From: Leucoraja ocellata
Lineage: Eukaryota
Length of the DNA stretch: 64,000 nt
Assembly (NCBI GenBank): GCA_036785375.1
Contig: JAWMAR010000104.1
Span: 4,526,001-4,590,000, forward strand
Direction: 5' to 3'
This document shows positions 35,106-46,314 of the stretch, piece by piece (within the stretch, counting starts at the first letter, position 1; each line of letters begins with the position of its first letter). Under the pieces are notes generated by a model. The model searched no databases. It had not been told where the DNA came from and saw nothing but the letters and a program-made list of their open reading frames with translations. The translations under genes and the position numbers were made by a program.

Positions 35106-36219
35106 TATATATTTAATGATGTGCAACCGTAAAACGCCCTCTTTAAAAAGTAGCTTGAAGAAGGAATTTTCTTCCATTTAACTTCGAAAGTCGAGAGGGG
35201 GGTGTTCTTGAATATAATACTTTCAATTGGTCGATTGTTGAACCAACTTCCTGTTTAAAGTGATTGTTGTAGAAGTACATCGTCACGCCCAGGTCAAGCC
35301 AGGTTTATTGACACGTGCATGCATCGGCAAGCAGAGCCACTGCTGCAATGTAAATCTTGCTTGCAGCAGCTTCACAAGCACATGACACATCAGACCCCGA
35401 CCGATATCGTAGGAAACGTGGAAAATAGGTGTCGGTGTGAGGTTTTGCGCAGGAATTTTGGTGGATTTTTGATTCTTATTTAACTTGAGATTTTTTGGTT
35501 CGTTTTTCAGTAGTTTTTCCATTGGTTTTGATAATGCAATTTATAACTAAATGAATGAATTACTAACTAATCCGCAGATTCGTTCTCATTTAAAATGAGC
35601 CCCAGTTAACACTAATCTCTTGGTACTACACTTACCGTTAAAAATTACCTTTTCAGTGGACATGTTCAGGTCATTGAACAGCTGTGGATTTTGGGTGAAA
35701 GCAATTTGTTCTTTAAAAATGTGAAAAGTGGTAGACAGGATCGTGAAAAATGCATATGGCATGGCTGCCTCCCTCAGCAGTGGTACTGATTGTAAGAGTT
35801 GAGATCTAATGTAGGTGAATAAAATATTGCTTAGGCTGGATTTGAATTATTGGGTGCACGTCTGGTAAGCACAATATGTAAGTGATTGGGTTAACCCAGA
35901 GTGGGAGCATGCCACACTCCAAAGAACGTTGCCAGGATGGGTGGGTATGTCATGAGGGGAGATTGTATAGGCCAGAACTGTATTCCCTGGATAGAACACA
36001 GCTGAGCGGTGCTATGGCCCAAACACGAACGTCACGGATAGGGTGGTGGCCAATAGACATATCCAAATGTAAGACGCTCCAAAACTAGACGATGGGTTTT
36101 AGGATCAGAAGGAGTACTTTTAAAGTCGACCGGGTGGCTAATCATTTCAGAACAAGGGAATGTCGCATGCGGATTGAGATGACAATTCAGGTGGTGGAGA
36201 CGGGAACAGGTAAGTGTGT

Positions 36220-36830
36220 AAGAAGGAACTGCAGATGCTGGTTTAAACCGACGATAGACACAAAAACATGGAATAACGCAGAGAGACAGGCAACATCTCT
36301 GGAGACAAAGAATGGGTGACGCTTCGTGTCGAGATCCCTTTTCAGACTTGTTAGAGATAAGAGAAACGAGAGGTAGACGATGCTGTAGAGAGATGAAGAA
36401 CAATCTGAATGAAAGATTTGCAAAAGAGTAACGATCATAAAGGCAACAGACAATTGTTAGCTGTTTGATGGGTGAAAACGAGAAGCTGGTGCGACTTCGG
36501 TAGGGAAAGATAGAGAGCGAGGGAATGTCGGGGTTACTTGAAGTTAGAGAAATCAATATCCATACCACTGTGCTTTAAGTTGCCCAAGCAAAATATGATA
36601 TGTTACTCTTCCAGTTTGCATTTAGCCTCACTGTGACAATGGAGGAGACCCAGGACAGTAAGGTCTGTGTTCGAAAGGGAAGGAGAATTAAATGTTTGGC
36701 AAGCGGGCGATCAGGTAGGTTCAGGCGGGCTGAGCGAAGGTGTTCAGCGAAACGATCGCCCAGCACCCATTCCTTCTCTCCAGAGATGTTGCCTGTCCCG
36801 CTGAGTTATTCAGCTTTTGTGTATATTTCA
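36220..36830 (-). mobile_element. Penelope-like retroelement remnant (paralogous copy of 29838-30447)
   Basis: ORF 36575..36766 LGDRFAEHLRSARLNLPDRPLAKH; same insertion site and structure as the 29.8-kb copy. Confidence 0.7.
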
Positions 36831-38746
36831 GCTAAGTATGTAAAAGATACTTAATTTGTAGGGAATTGATGGATACGGAATTAATGCAAGGGTGGAATTA
36901 ATACAGATAAACATGATGGTCGGCGGAGATTCGATGTAACGAATGGTTTGTTTCTATGTATGAACAACACCTCGGCACACAAGAGTGCAAAGCTAAACCG
37001 AAATGATAACAGACACGAGTGGCGTGTCCATATGGAAGATGACACGCTATTTTTCAAACGTGCGCCTTTGCTTTCCCCTTGTTCCAACAGTGCTGGAAAT
37101 CAGAAAAACAAAGATTAGCTAGCGTGAAATTGAGAGTAAAAATGTTAAACAAACGGGGAAAAACCTGTTTAATTCATGCAGATTATACCCACGTGTGCTA
37201 CAATGCAATGGTACAACCATCTTTCGGTGTCTCCAAAACAATGTTACCACAGTTGGAAGACCAAATGTTTACATTATATTGACGGACGAGCAAGCAGGCC
37301 ACTGCTTCACCGGGAAGAATTTGGCGTTCTGTACGCTGGAAGGGAATTGGTGAAAGAACGAAAGTTACACGTTTTGTGGTTTCATTGGAAACTGGCAAAG
37401 GATGGTGAGTGGCCAGTACGGTCAGATGAGTATATTAGGGACTGATGGATGAGTGATCATTTTGAACTGCTAAACAGGCAGGGAAAGGGAATCTGCACTC
37501 AGACGGAGTTGTGTTTAAATTGAGGTAATTTGCATTGAATGTGAACGTTTGTGAGTGGAAGATAACACATGGGAAACCATGTTCTTGTTCCATCTGGGAG
37601 GGGGGGGGGGGGTGTTGGGAACCGATCCCTTCCTGATTACTGGGCATGTTTGTAGTAGCTTACATAGAGCAAAAACACAATTTGAACCGCACGGTTACAC
37701 CTGCTACTACTTTCGCCCGTTTTTCTCCTCCCTTTCAGACACAATACATTTATTCCATTAAAACTCACCTGTTCCTCACTTGTTCAAATAAATCCAAACT
37801 AAAGTGGTTTTACTTGTTCCTCAGCGCCCGTTCCTCAACATAGAATGCTGCTGTTCCCCGCATGTGCAACCCAACGTGCTCTGTTTCCAGTCCCTCTTCC
37901 CATGCCGGCTGCCATTTTAATAACTTCCTTTTTTTTTGCCAATCCTCATTTTTACAATGGATGGCGTCCCTGTGCATTTTAATTCCGCATCAGGATGACA
38001 TCAAGGCATTTTGATTCATCTAAAAATGGAGATTCAGCCAGTTCTCTCTAACCTGTGCTCTCCCCCACAACAAGCAACTGCCAAAAATCCCCTCCTCAAC
38101 TGGATCCAACTACCACTTGATATAGTTTGCTCTAAGCCTTCCCCTCGTCTATTTGTAACAACAAGGCAAATTTCCGGTGGTCTTGATGGGCTCGACACCA
38201 AACGTCATCTGCCTGTCTCTCTCCACGGGTGCTGCCTGACTCACTGAGTTCCTCCAGCCAGTCGTGCCCATAATTTCAACTTCTTTCATGAATTTCATAT
38301 ACATGAGCTTAATTATTTCCTTCATATATTGATTATTATTATAGTTCCATTCATATTTGTTGTACCACGAACTAGCAACAATCCGTCCAGAATGCATGGG
38401 TACGCAATCAATAACCCCTTCAACGCAACATGTTAACACTTCAGCTAAGTAAGTGGTTCCATGTACCCAGATCATTTATGATTGACTAAATGGCAACACG
38501 TTTGTGCACATTATCCAGCGGCAAACAGAAGGACTGCCTTCAGAAATTAAATTTGCAATTTCAAGATGTTTTCATTCCAGTTTTATTTTTTTCAATTACA
38601 ACCGTACTCCCATTTAAGCGACAGAGAAAAACAATGCAACAAGGGTAAGTTTTCTAAACAATGCACTGGCACTGATTAACATCCTCAAGCAGCAATAAAA
38701 TGGCCGCATATAAATTGGCATTCTTCAATTTACGTACCAGTGTTAT

Positions 38747-41131
38747 TTAGCTTTGGGCTTGAGAGGTGGGAGCGTCGCGGGGCTTCAGGAAGAGAAAATC
38801 GCTTTTCGCTGACTCTGGAGACAGACAGACTGAGTATTGATTCAGTTCTGCCCCCCGGACTGCCCGGCCCGTCCCAGGATAACATAATGTGTCCTCCATA
38901 GCTGGTCTTCCATTAAACCTGCCGTGCGAAACCCCATGATTGTAACAATAACTAGGGGAGTTATACTCTTGGATAATATTTCTGTCCTGTTTACACTTGA
39001 TGCCAATCAACAGAATGATCATCAGAAGAAAGACCACGGAAGTGCAACTGAAAATGACGATTAAATAAACGTTTGGATCAGAGAAATATTCTGGATTCTT
39101 CACCAAGGTACTGCTTTCGCTGATTCCTTCAGTGTTGTTTCCCAAAACTCTAATGCTCATTGTAACTGTGCTGGACAGGCTTGGCTGCCCATTGTCCCTA
39201 ACCAAGATGACTAGAGTTTGTAAAGCAGTATCTGACTGGAAAACATTGCGTGCTGTTCTGACTTCCCCGGAATGTTGTCCAACGTTGTACAAACCGGGGT
39301 CGGTAGATTTCACTATCTGATAAAAGAGCCTTGCATTCTGACCAGAATCTGCATCAGTTGCCATTATCTTGCTGACCAAGTAACCTTGACCCGCTGACCG
39401 GGGTACGGAATCCACTGCCGCCCATTCACTCTGTTCTGAAGGTGAAAAAATTACCGGCACGTTGTCATTTTGATCCAGGATGATCACATTCACCGTGACG
39501 CTGCTGCTCAACAGAGGCACCCCGGCGTCACGGGCCTGTACATGGATCTGGAAGTTCTTGAGTTCCTCATAGTCAAAGGAACGCAGCGCGTAAATTGTAC
39601 CGTTCATTGAATTAATGGAGAGGTAAGTGGACACTGGCATGTTTTGGATATGATTATCGAGAAAGTAGTAGGAAAGATAGGAATTTTCATCCAGATCGTG
39701 ATCTGTTGCAGTTACTGTGAAAATGGATACACCCGGAGCGTTATTCTCCATTACATATACGTTGTAGGATGACTCCGCGAATTGCGGTGCGTTGTCATTT
39801 ACGTCCGAAATAGCAATCTGGATGGTTTTATTTGATGTTAGTGAAGGCGACCCCAAGTCACAGGCTGAAATAACAATGTTATACTCAGAGATCGCTTCAC
39901 GGTCCAACGTTTCACTGGTGACTAATTTATAGTGGTTCGATGTCTTTTGCAGTCGAAATGGGACGTTCTTTTGTATCTCGCAACGCACTTGGCCGTTCGG
40001 TCCAGAATCACGATCCATCACATTAATCAGACATATAAAACTTCCTGGTGGAGTATTTTCCTGGATTTTGTTGGAAGCTGATGTCACCTTTATCTCAGGT
40101 GCATTATCGTTCACGTCAATTACTTTGATCAATATTTTGGAGTGTCCTGTCATTGCAGGGGAACCGTGGTCCTGGGCTTGAATATCGAGAGAATAGCTGT
40201 TTACTTCTTCAAAGTCTAGAGGCCCTTTAACTAGAATCTCCCCAGTGCGTGGATCCAAACTGAATACATGTTGCACTCCTCGCAAAGCAACATCATTGAA
40301 ACGATATGTCAGCTCCTCATTCAGTCCTTCGTCCAAATCATTTGCTTGGACTTTCAGCACGAGCGTACCCCGCGCCGCGTTCTCGCTTACGCTGCTTCTG
40401 TAAATATCATGGTCGAACACAGGTGGATTATCGTTCTGGTCGAATACCGTAATCAGAACTTGTGTCGTAGCTGATCTCTGAGGGGTCCCACCGTCAAACG
40501 CAGTAAGCATGAGTTGAAATGATGATTGCATCTCTCGGTCCAAAGATTTCTCTAACAGCAATTCGGCAATTACAATACCGTCTTCGGATTTCTGTGTTTT
40601 TAGACTAAAATGCTCATTGTAACTGATTGTATAGGCGGCCACGGTATTTGTACCAATGTCGGGATCATCCGCGCCCTGGAGTCGGAAACGTACACCGGAT
40701 ACACTGGCTTCCAATATCTGCAAGGCAATGCTGCTTTGCGGAAAAGTGGGGGTATTGTCATTTACATCAAGAATCTCCATATCGCCGTCATACACCTCCA
40801 AAGGGTTTTCCAGTATAATTTCGAAACGTATAGTACATTGATCATTCTGTCCACAAATACGTTCCCGGTCGATTCTTTCACGAATAGACATGATTCCATT
40901 GTCCAAACTAACCTTCATGTACCGCCCTCCGTCATCGGAGCTCAGCCGGAATTTGCGAGCTGACAGTTGCCGTACGCTCAGGCCCAAATCCACAGCGATA
41001 TTCCCAACAAATGCCCCTTGCTCCATTTCCTCGGGAATAGAATAACGAATTTGCCCGGAGATTAGTCCCGGTGCACAAATCGCAAATATGCAAGCAAACG
41101 CAGTGACGGCAAACCTCGGTAGGTACGCCAT
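38747..41131 (-). CDS. Clustered protocadherin gene 6 (gamma-like, single ORF), 794 aa
   Basis: Intact ORF from ATG (MAYLPRF), six cadherin repeats, TM, conserved tail motif, ends KPRDAPTSQAQS. Confidence 0.95.
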   Translation of the reverse strand: MAYLPRFAVTAFACIFAICAPGLISGQIRYSIPEEMEQGAFVGNIAVDLGLSVRQLSARKFRLSSDDGGRYMKVSLDNGIMSIRERIDRERICGQNDQCTIRFEIILENPLEVYDGDMEILDVNDNTPTFPQSSIALQILEASVSGVRFRLQGADDPDIGTNTVAAYTISYNEHFSLKTQKSEDGIVIAELLLEKSLDREMQSSFQLMLTAFDGGTPQRSATTQVLITVFDQNDNPPVFDHDIYRSSVSENAARGTLVLKVQANDLDEGLNEELTYRFNDVALRGVQHVFSLDPRTGEILVKGPLDFEEVNSYSLDIQAQDHGSPAMTGHSKILIKVIDVNDNAPEIKVTSASNKIQENTPPGSFICLINVMDRDSGPNGQVRCEIQKNVPFRLQKTSNHYKLVTSETLDREAISEYNIVISACDLGSPSLTSNKTIQIAISDVNDNAPQFAESSYNVYVMENNAPGVSIFTVTATDHDLDENSYLSYYFLDNHIQNMPVSTYLSINSMNGTIYALRSFDYEELKNFQIHVQARDAGVPLLSSSVTVNVIILDQNDNVPVIFSPSEQSEWAAVDSVPRSAGQGYLVSKIMATDADSGQNARLFYQIVKSTDPGLYNVGQHSGEVRTARNVFQSDTALQTLVILVRDNGQPSLSSTVTMSIRVLGNNTEGISESSTLVKNPEYFSDPNVYLIVIFSCTSVVFLLMIILLIGIKCKQDRNIIQEYNSPSYCYNHGVSHGRFNGRPAMEDTLCYPGTGRAVRGAELNQYSVCLSPESAKSDFLFLKPRDAPTSQAQS

Positions 41132-41269
41132 GTTCCGTGATCAGTCAAAGTCCAACTCTAGGTATTTCTCCGTGTAAATAGTCCAAACACAATAAAATAA
41201 TTCATATATATTCCCAATACCGAATCGAAACAGATGGGATATCTATCCTCCTCAGCCTTTTTCGGCAAT

Positions 41270-41440
41270 CGAAACGCAGGCACTCCTCGCCTTTCTCGTC
41301 GCGTCTGACGTCGTTATTCTGGGATGTGGGCGGGACAATGGATCCATCTATGTACTTGAGCTTTTCATTGGTAGACAGCGACACGACCAGTTCTTTTGCA
41401 CAACTGCAGCTACAATTCTTAAAGCTGTACTGCTCTCCTA
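41270..41440 (-). promoter_or_regulatory. Conserved Pcdh promoter with CSE/CGCT box (core ~41364-41390)
   Basis: Minus strand CTGGTCGTGTCGCTGTCTACCAATGAA. Confidence 0.8.
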
Positions 41441-43008
41441 CACATTTGATGGGATACAACCATAAAACGCCCTCTTTGAAAATAAACTTGAAGAATGTTT
41501 TTTTTTCATTTAATGTCGAAATTCACATCAGGCACGTCGGAAGTGGGTTATCCTCAGAACGTAAACATGTTTTGTCGGTTCAGTCAAAAGTCCACAACGA
41601 ATAAATAAATGGCATCGTTATTTTTATGATGCAACATATCATATCGGATATACAGTATTTGCTTACACATGTTTGACCCCTTACAATCACACCTTAGGGT
41701 AGTAAGAAAATATAAGAAGATAGCACAAAAAGCTAGAGTATAACTCACCGGGACGGGCAGCATCTCTATTCATATAACGACTACATAATTTCCCTACTTT
41801 GATAAAATTATTTCATTATCACTTTCCAAATTTTGGAGAAGGTGTTCGTGAACATAATACTTTCCATTGACCAATTGTTGAACCAACATCCTCTTTAAAG
41901 TTATTGCTGGAGAAATGCATCGTCACGTCCAATACAAGCCGAGTTTATTGACTTGTGCATGCATAGGACGCAGAGGTACGGCTGCAATGTAAATCTTGCA
42001 TGCAGCAGCTTAACAAGCACATAACTTGCTTGTTGTTGGAAACATCCATGGAAATGTTGTGATTTTTTGAATTCTTATTTAACATGAGATTCTATTTTTC
42101 TTTTTTCCTTTTTTCGTGATTGGTTGTGTTATTGCAATTTGCAACTAAATTACTGAATTGCCCATTAATTTGCAGATTTGTTCTCATTTTTTTGCCAATC
42201 CTCATTTTTACAATAGACGACGTCGCTTTGCATTTTCATTTCGCATCAGGATGACATCAGGGCATTCTCGTTCATCTACAAATGGAGACTCAGCCAGTTC
42301 TCCGCAACCTGTGCTATCCTCCACAAGAAACAACTGCGAAAAATCCCCTCCTCACCTGGATCCAACTACCACTTGATACTGTTTGCTCTAAGCCTTCTCT
42401 ATGCAGAACGGACCTCTCCACCAATCATGACGTGCTCGACACCAAACGTCATCTGTCTGTTTCTCTCCACAGGTGCTGCCAGACTCTCTGAGTTCCTCCA
42501 GCCAGTCGTCCTCACAATGTCAGCATCAGGCATGAGTTGTGTTGCAAAAAAATGGGCTTAATTATTTCCTTCGCCTGTTGGTTATTATTATATGTATATT
42601 TTGTGGCACGATCTATCAACAATTCTTCTAGAATACATGGGTACCCAATCATTAAACTCTTCAACGCAACTTCCGCACATTAGTACTTTCATCCACGTAA
42701 ATGGATCCAGGTACCCAAACCGTTACGTAATAGATTAAATGGCAACGCGTTTGTGCGCATTATCCAGTGACAAACAGAAGGACTGACTGCCTTCAGAAAT
42801 AAAACATGCAATTTCAAGATGTTTTCATTCGAGTTGCAGGACATTTTACTTTTTCAATTACAACCGTACTCCCATTTAACCGATAGAGAAAAACGTGCAA
42901 CAAGAGTAAGTTTTATAAATATTTCACTCGCAATGATTCGCATGCCCCGGCAGAAATAAAATGGCCGCATACAAAATTGGCCTTCTTCAATTTACGTATC
43001 AGCGTAAT

Positions 43009-43622
43009 TTAACATTGACCTTGAGAGGTGGCAGCACCACATGGCTTCAGTAAAGAGAAAACTCGTTTTTCGCTGACTGGAGACAGACTTACCGAGTATT
43101 GATTCAGATCTGGCCCGCGGACTGCCCGCTCTGTCCAAGAAAAGCCTAACATTTCCTCCATCGCAGATCTTCCATTAAACGTGCCGTGCGAAACCCCACG
43201 ATTGTAACAGTAACTGGGGGCGTAATACTCTTGGATAATATTTCTGTCCTGTTTACACTTGAAGCCAATCAATAGGATGATGATCAGAAGACAGACCACG
43301 AAAGTGCAACGGAAAATGACAATTAAATAACCGTTTGGATCAGAGAAATATTCTTAATTCATCACCAAGGTACTTCTTTCGCTGATTCCTTCAGTGCTGT
43401 TTTCCAAAACTAATGTTCATTGTAAATGTGCTGGACAGGCTTGGCTCTCCATTGTCCTTAAGCAAGATGACTAGAGTTTGTAAAGCAGTACCTGATTGCA
43501 AAATATTGCGCGCTGTTCTGATTTCTCCAGAATGTTGTCCATAGTTGTACAAACCGGGGTCGGTAGATTTCATAATCTGATAAAGGAGACGTGCGTTCTG
43601 ACCAGAATCTGCATCAATTGCC
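43009..43622 (-). pseudogene. Promoterless 3' fragment of a Pcdh gene (part of EC6, TM, cytoplasmic tail)
   Basis: Homology runs from DADSGQNARLLYQ to TSQGQC. There is a 2-bp deletion at ~43410 and an in-frame TAA at 43354-43356, and the tail motif is eroded (SLSPVSEKRVFSLLKP). At ~43622 it joins upstream intergenic sequence directly. Confidence 0.9.
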
Positions 43623-46314
43623 CTTCATATCACGACTACATAATTTTCCCTTATTTGATAAGAGTATTTCATTATCGCTTTCCAAAGTTTGGAGAAGGTG
43701 TTCGTGAATATAATACTTTCAATTGGCCAATTGTTCAACCGACTTCCTGTTTAATGGAAGTGAGGTTTGGAGAGAGGCATCCTCACGTCCACGTCAAGCC
43801 AAGTTTATTGACACGTACATGTATATGGAGCAGAGTCAACGCTGCAATGTAAATCTTGCTTGCAGCAGCTTTGCGAGCACATGACCCAGCAGACTCCGAC
43901 AGATGTTTTGGGAACATAGAAAATAGGTGTCGGTGTGAAGTTTGGCGCGGAAAATTTGTGAATTTTTGAATTCTTATTTAACTTAGGATTCTCAGTTTCG
44001 TTTTTTCTTTTTTCTTAATTTGTTTTATAACCGCAATTTGCAATGAAATTACTGGATTACCCATTAATCCGCAGATATTTTGTTCATTGAAAATACTCCC
44101 TAGTTAACATTAATCTCGTGGTACCACACTTAGCGTGTAAACAAGTATTTTTAGTGAACGTTAACAAGGTGGCCTAAAGTACTTGTAATGTGGTTAGACA
44201 ATTGAAGTTTAATTTCTGCTCCTCGAGTTTGCAGTGGATGTTCAACGTCATGCACGATCCCGGCAAAATTTGAATGGGACATGTTCTTCATGACGTAGAG
44301 GATAGAATCTCTAATCAAACTAAATGGTAATGTTCTCCATTGGTTGAAAATGTTGTGGAGATTTATGATGCCACACTTGGGTTATTGGATATCAATTCCA
44401 TATCATTCTCAAGTTAGCGCTGGGTTTCAATTTTTATATTCCATAACCACACAAAAGTTTTACAATTACTGAACCACGCGCTCCCCGCAAAAAAATCAAA
44501 TTGCAATGAAATTCAATCAACCGAATAATTGTAATAAAATCTGCAAAATAAAAACGCAAACAACACGAAAAACTACAGGTGAGATGATGGATAATTCCTT
44601 CCACCATCCAGGAAGCATGCTGTTTTCGCAATTTAGCAATTAACTGATAAGCAGTCAAAAGCGCAACAGTGTCATGTGCAATAACAACTGAAAATGCTGA
44701 AACACTCATCGATTCAGGTATCACCTGTGAAAAGAAATAAAATCAACATTTCGGGGCTTGGCTGCTTTATCTGAACGATGAATTATTTAAAAAATAGTTC
44801 ATTTTTCAGTAAGTTTAATGATGGGAAGTAAAGGAGAAAAAAATAGGAAAGAGGCTGATAGGACAAATTATGCTTCGTTGTTTCTGTGGTGTATGGCTAA
44901 TAGCAAGGGAATGGGACATGTTCAGGTTATTGAACAGACGGGGATTCCGTCTGAAATAAATTTGTTCTATAAAACTGAAAAGTGTGGACAGGGTCTCACC
45001 GAAGGCATATGGCACGGTTGTCTCCCTCAGCAGCGGTACTGAATGTAAGAGTCGAGGTGTAATATCTTTGAATAAAACATTGGTTAGGCTGGATTTGAAT
45101 TATTGTGTGCACATCTGGCATGCACAATATATAAGTTGTTGGGTTAAGCCAGATAGGTAGCAGGCCACACTCCAAAGTACGTTGCCAGGATGGGCAGGTT
45201 TACGTCATGAGGGGAGATTGTGTAGGCTAGAACTGCATTCCCTGGAGTGAACATAGCTGAGCGGTGCCATGACACAATCACGAGCGAGAGAGACAGGGTA
45301 GATTCCCACAGCCATTTCCAATGTTAGGGAGCTCCAAAACTAGAACATAAGTTTTAGGATCAGAGGGAGTACTTTTAAAGTCGGCCGGTTGGCTATTAAT
45401 TTCAGAAATACGGAATACGGCAGGTGGATTGAGATGTCAGTTTATGTGACGGAGACGGGAACAGTTAAATATGTAAAAGGTACATAATGGGAATGTGACT
45501 ATGTTGGGAATTGATGGACACGGAGTAAATGCTCGGGTGGAATTAGTACAGATAAACATGATGGTCATCGTAGATGCGATGTAACGAATGGTTTGTTTGT
45601 ATGATCTACACCTCGGCAAACATGATGCAAAACTAAACCGGAATGATAGCAGACAAGAGTGGCGATCTCAGGAAGTTTGCAACTTGTCCATTTGGAAGAT
45701 GAATGCTGTTTCTCAAGCGTGCACATTTGCTTTGCACTTGTTCCAACAGTGTTGGAATTCAGAGGCAAAAATAATAGACAGTGCGAAATTGTGAACGGAA
45801 GTGTTAAACAAACGGGGGGGAGATCAGTTTAATTCCTCCAGACTGTACGCACATGCTCTACAATGCAATGGCATAATCTTCTTGCAGTGTCTCAAATACA
45901 GTGTTACCACATTGGGAAGACCAAATACTTACATTATATTGACAGAAAGGCAAGCAGATCACTATTACACCGAGAATAATTTCGGGTCCTGTATGGTGGA
46001 AAAGAACTGGTAAAATAAACGAACGTTACACGTTTTCTGGTCAGATGACTACCATATAGCTCGATGAAAAAGTGTTACATTTGAACTGCTGAACAGACAG
46101 GGAAGGGGGTATCTACTCAGTGACGGAATTGTGTTTAAATTGAGGTAAATTGAATTAAATGTGAAAGTTAGTGAATGGAGGATTCAATAAGGAAATGCTG
46201 TCCTTGTTCCATCCAGGAAAGCGAAGATGCTGAGAACCGATCCCTTCCTGATTGCTGGGCGTGTTAGCAGTACCTTACCCAGAACAAAAAAAAACACAAT
46301 TTGAACCTCACGGT

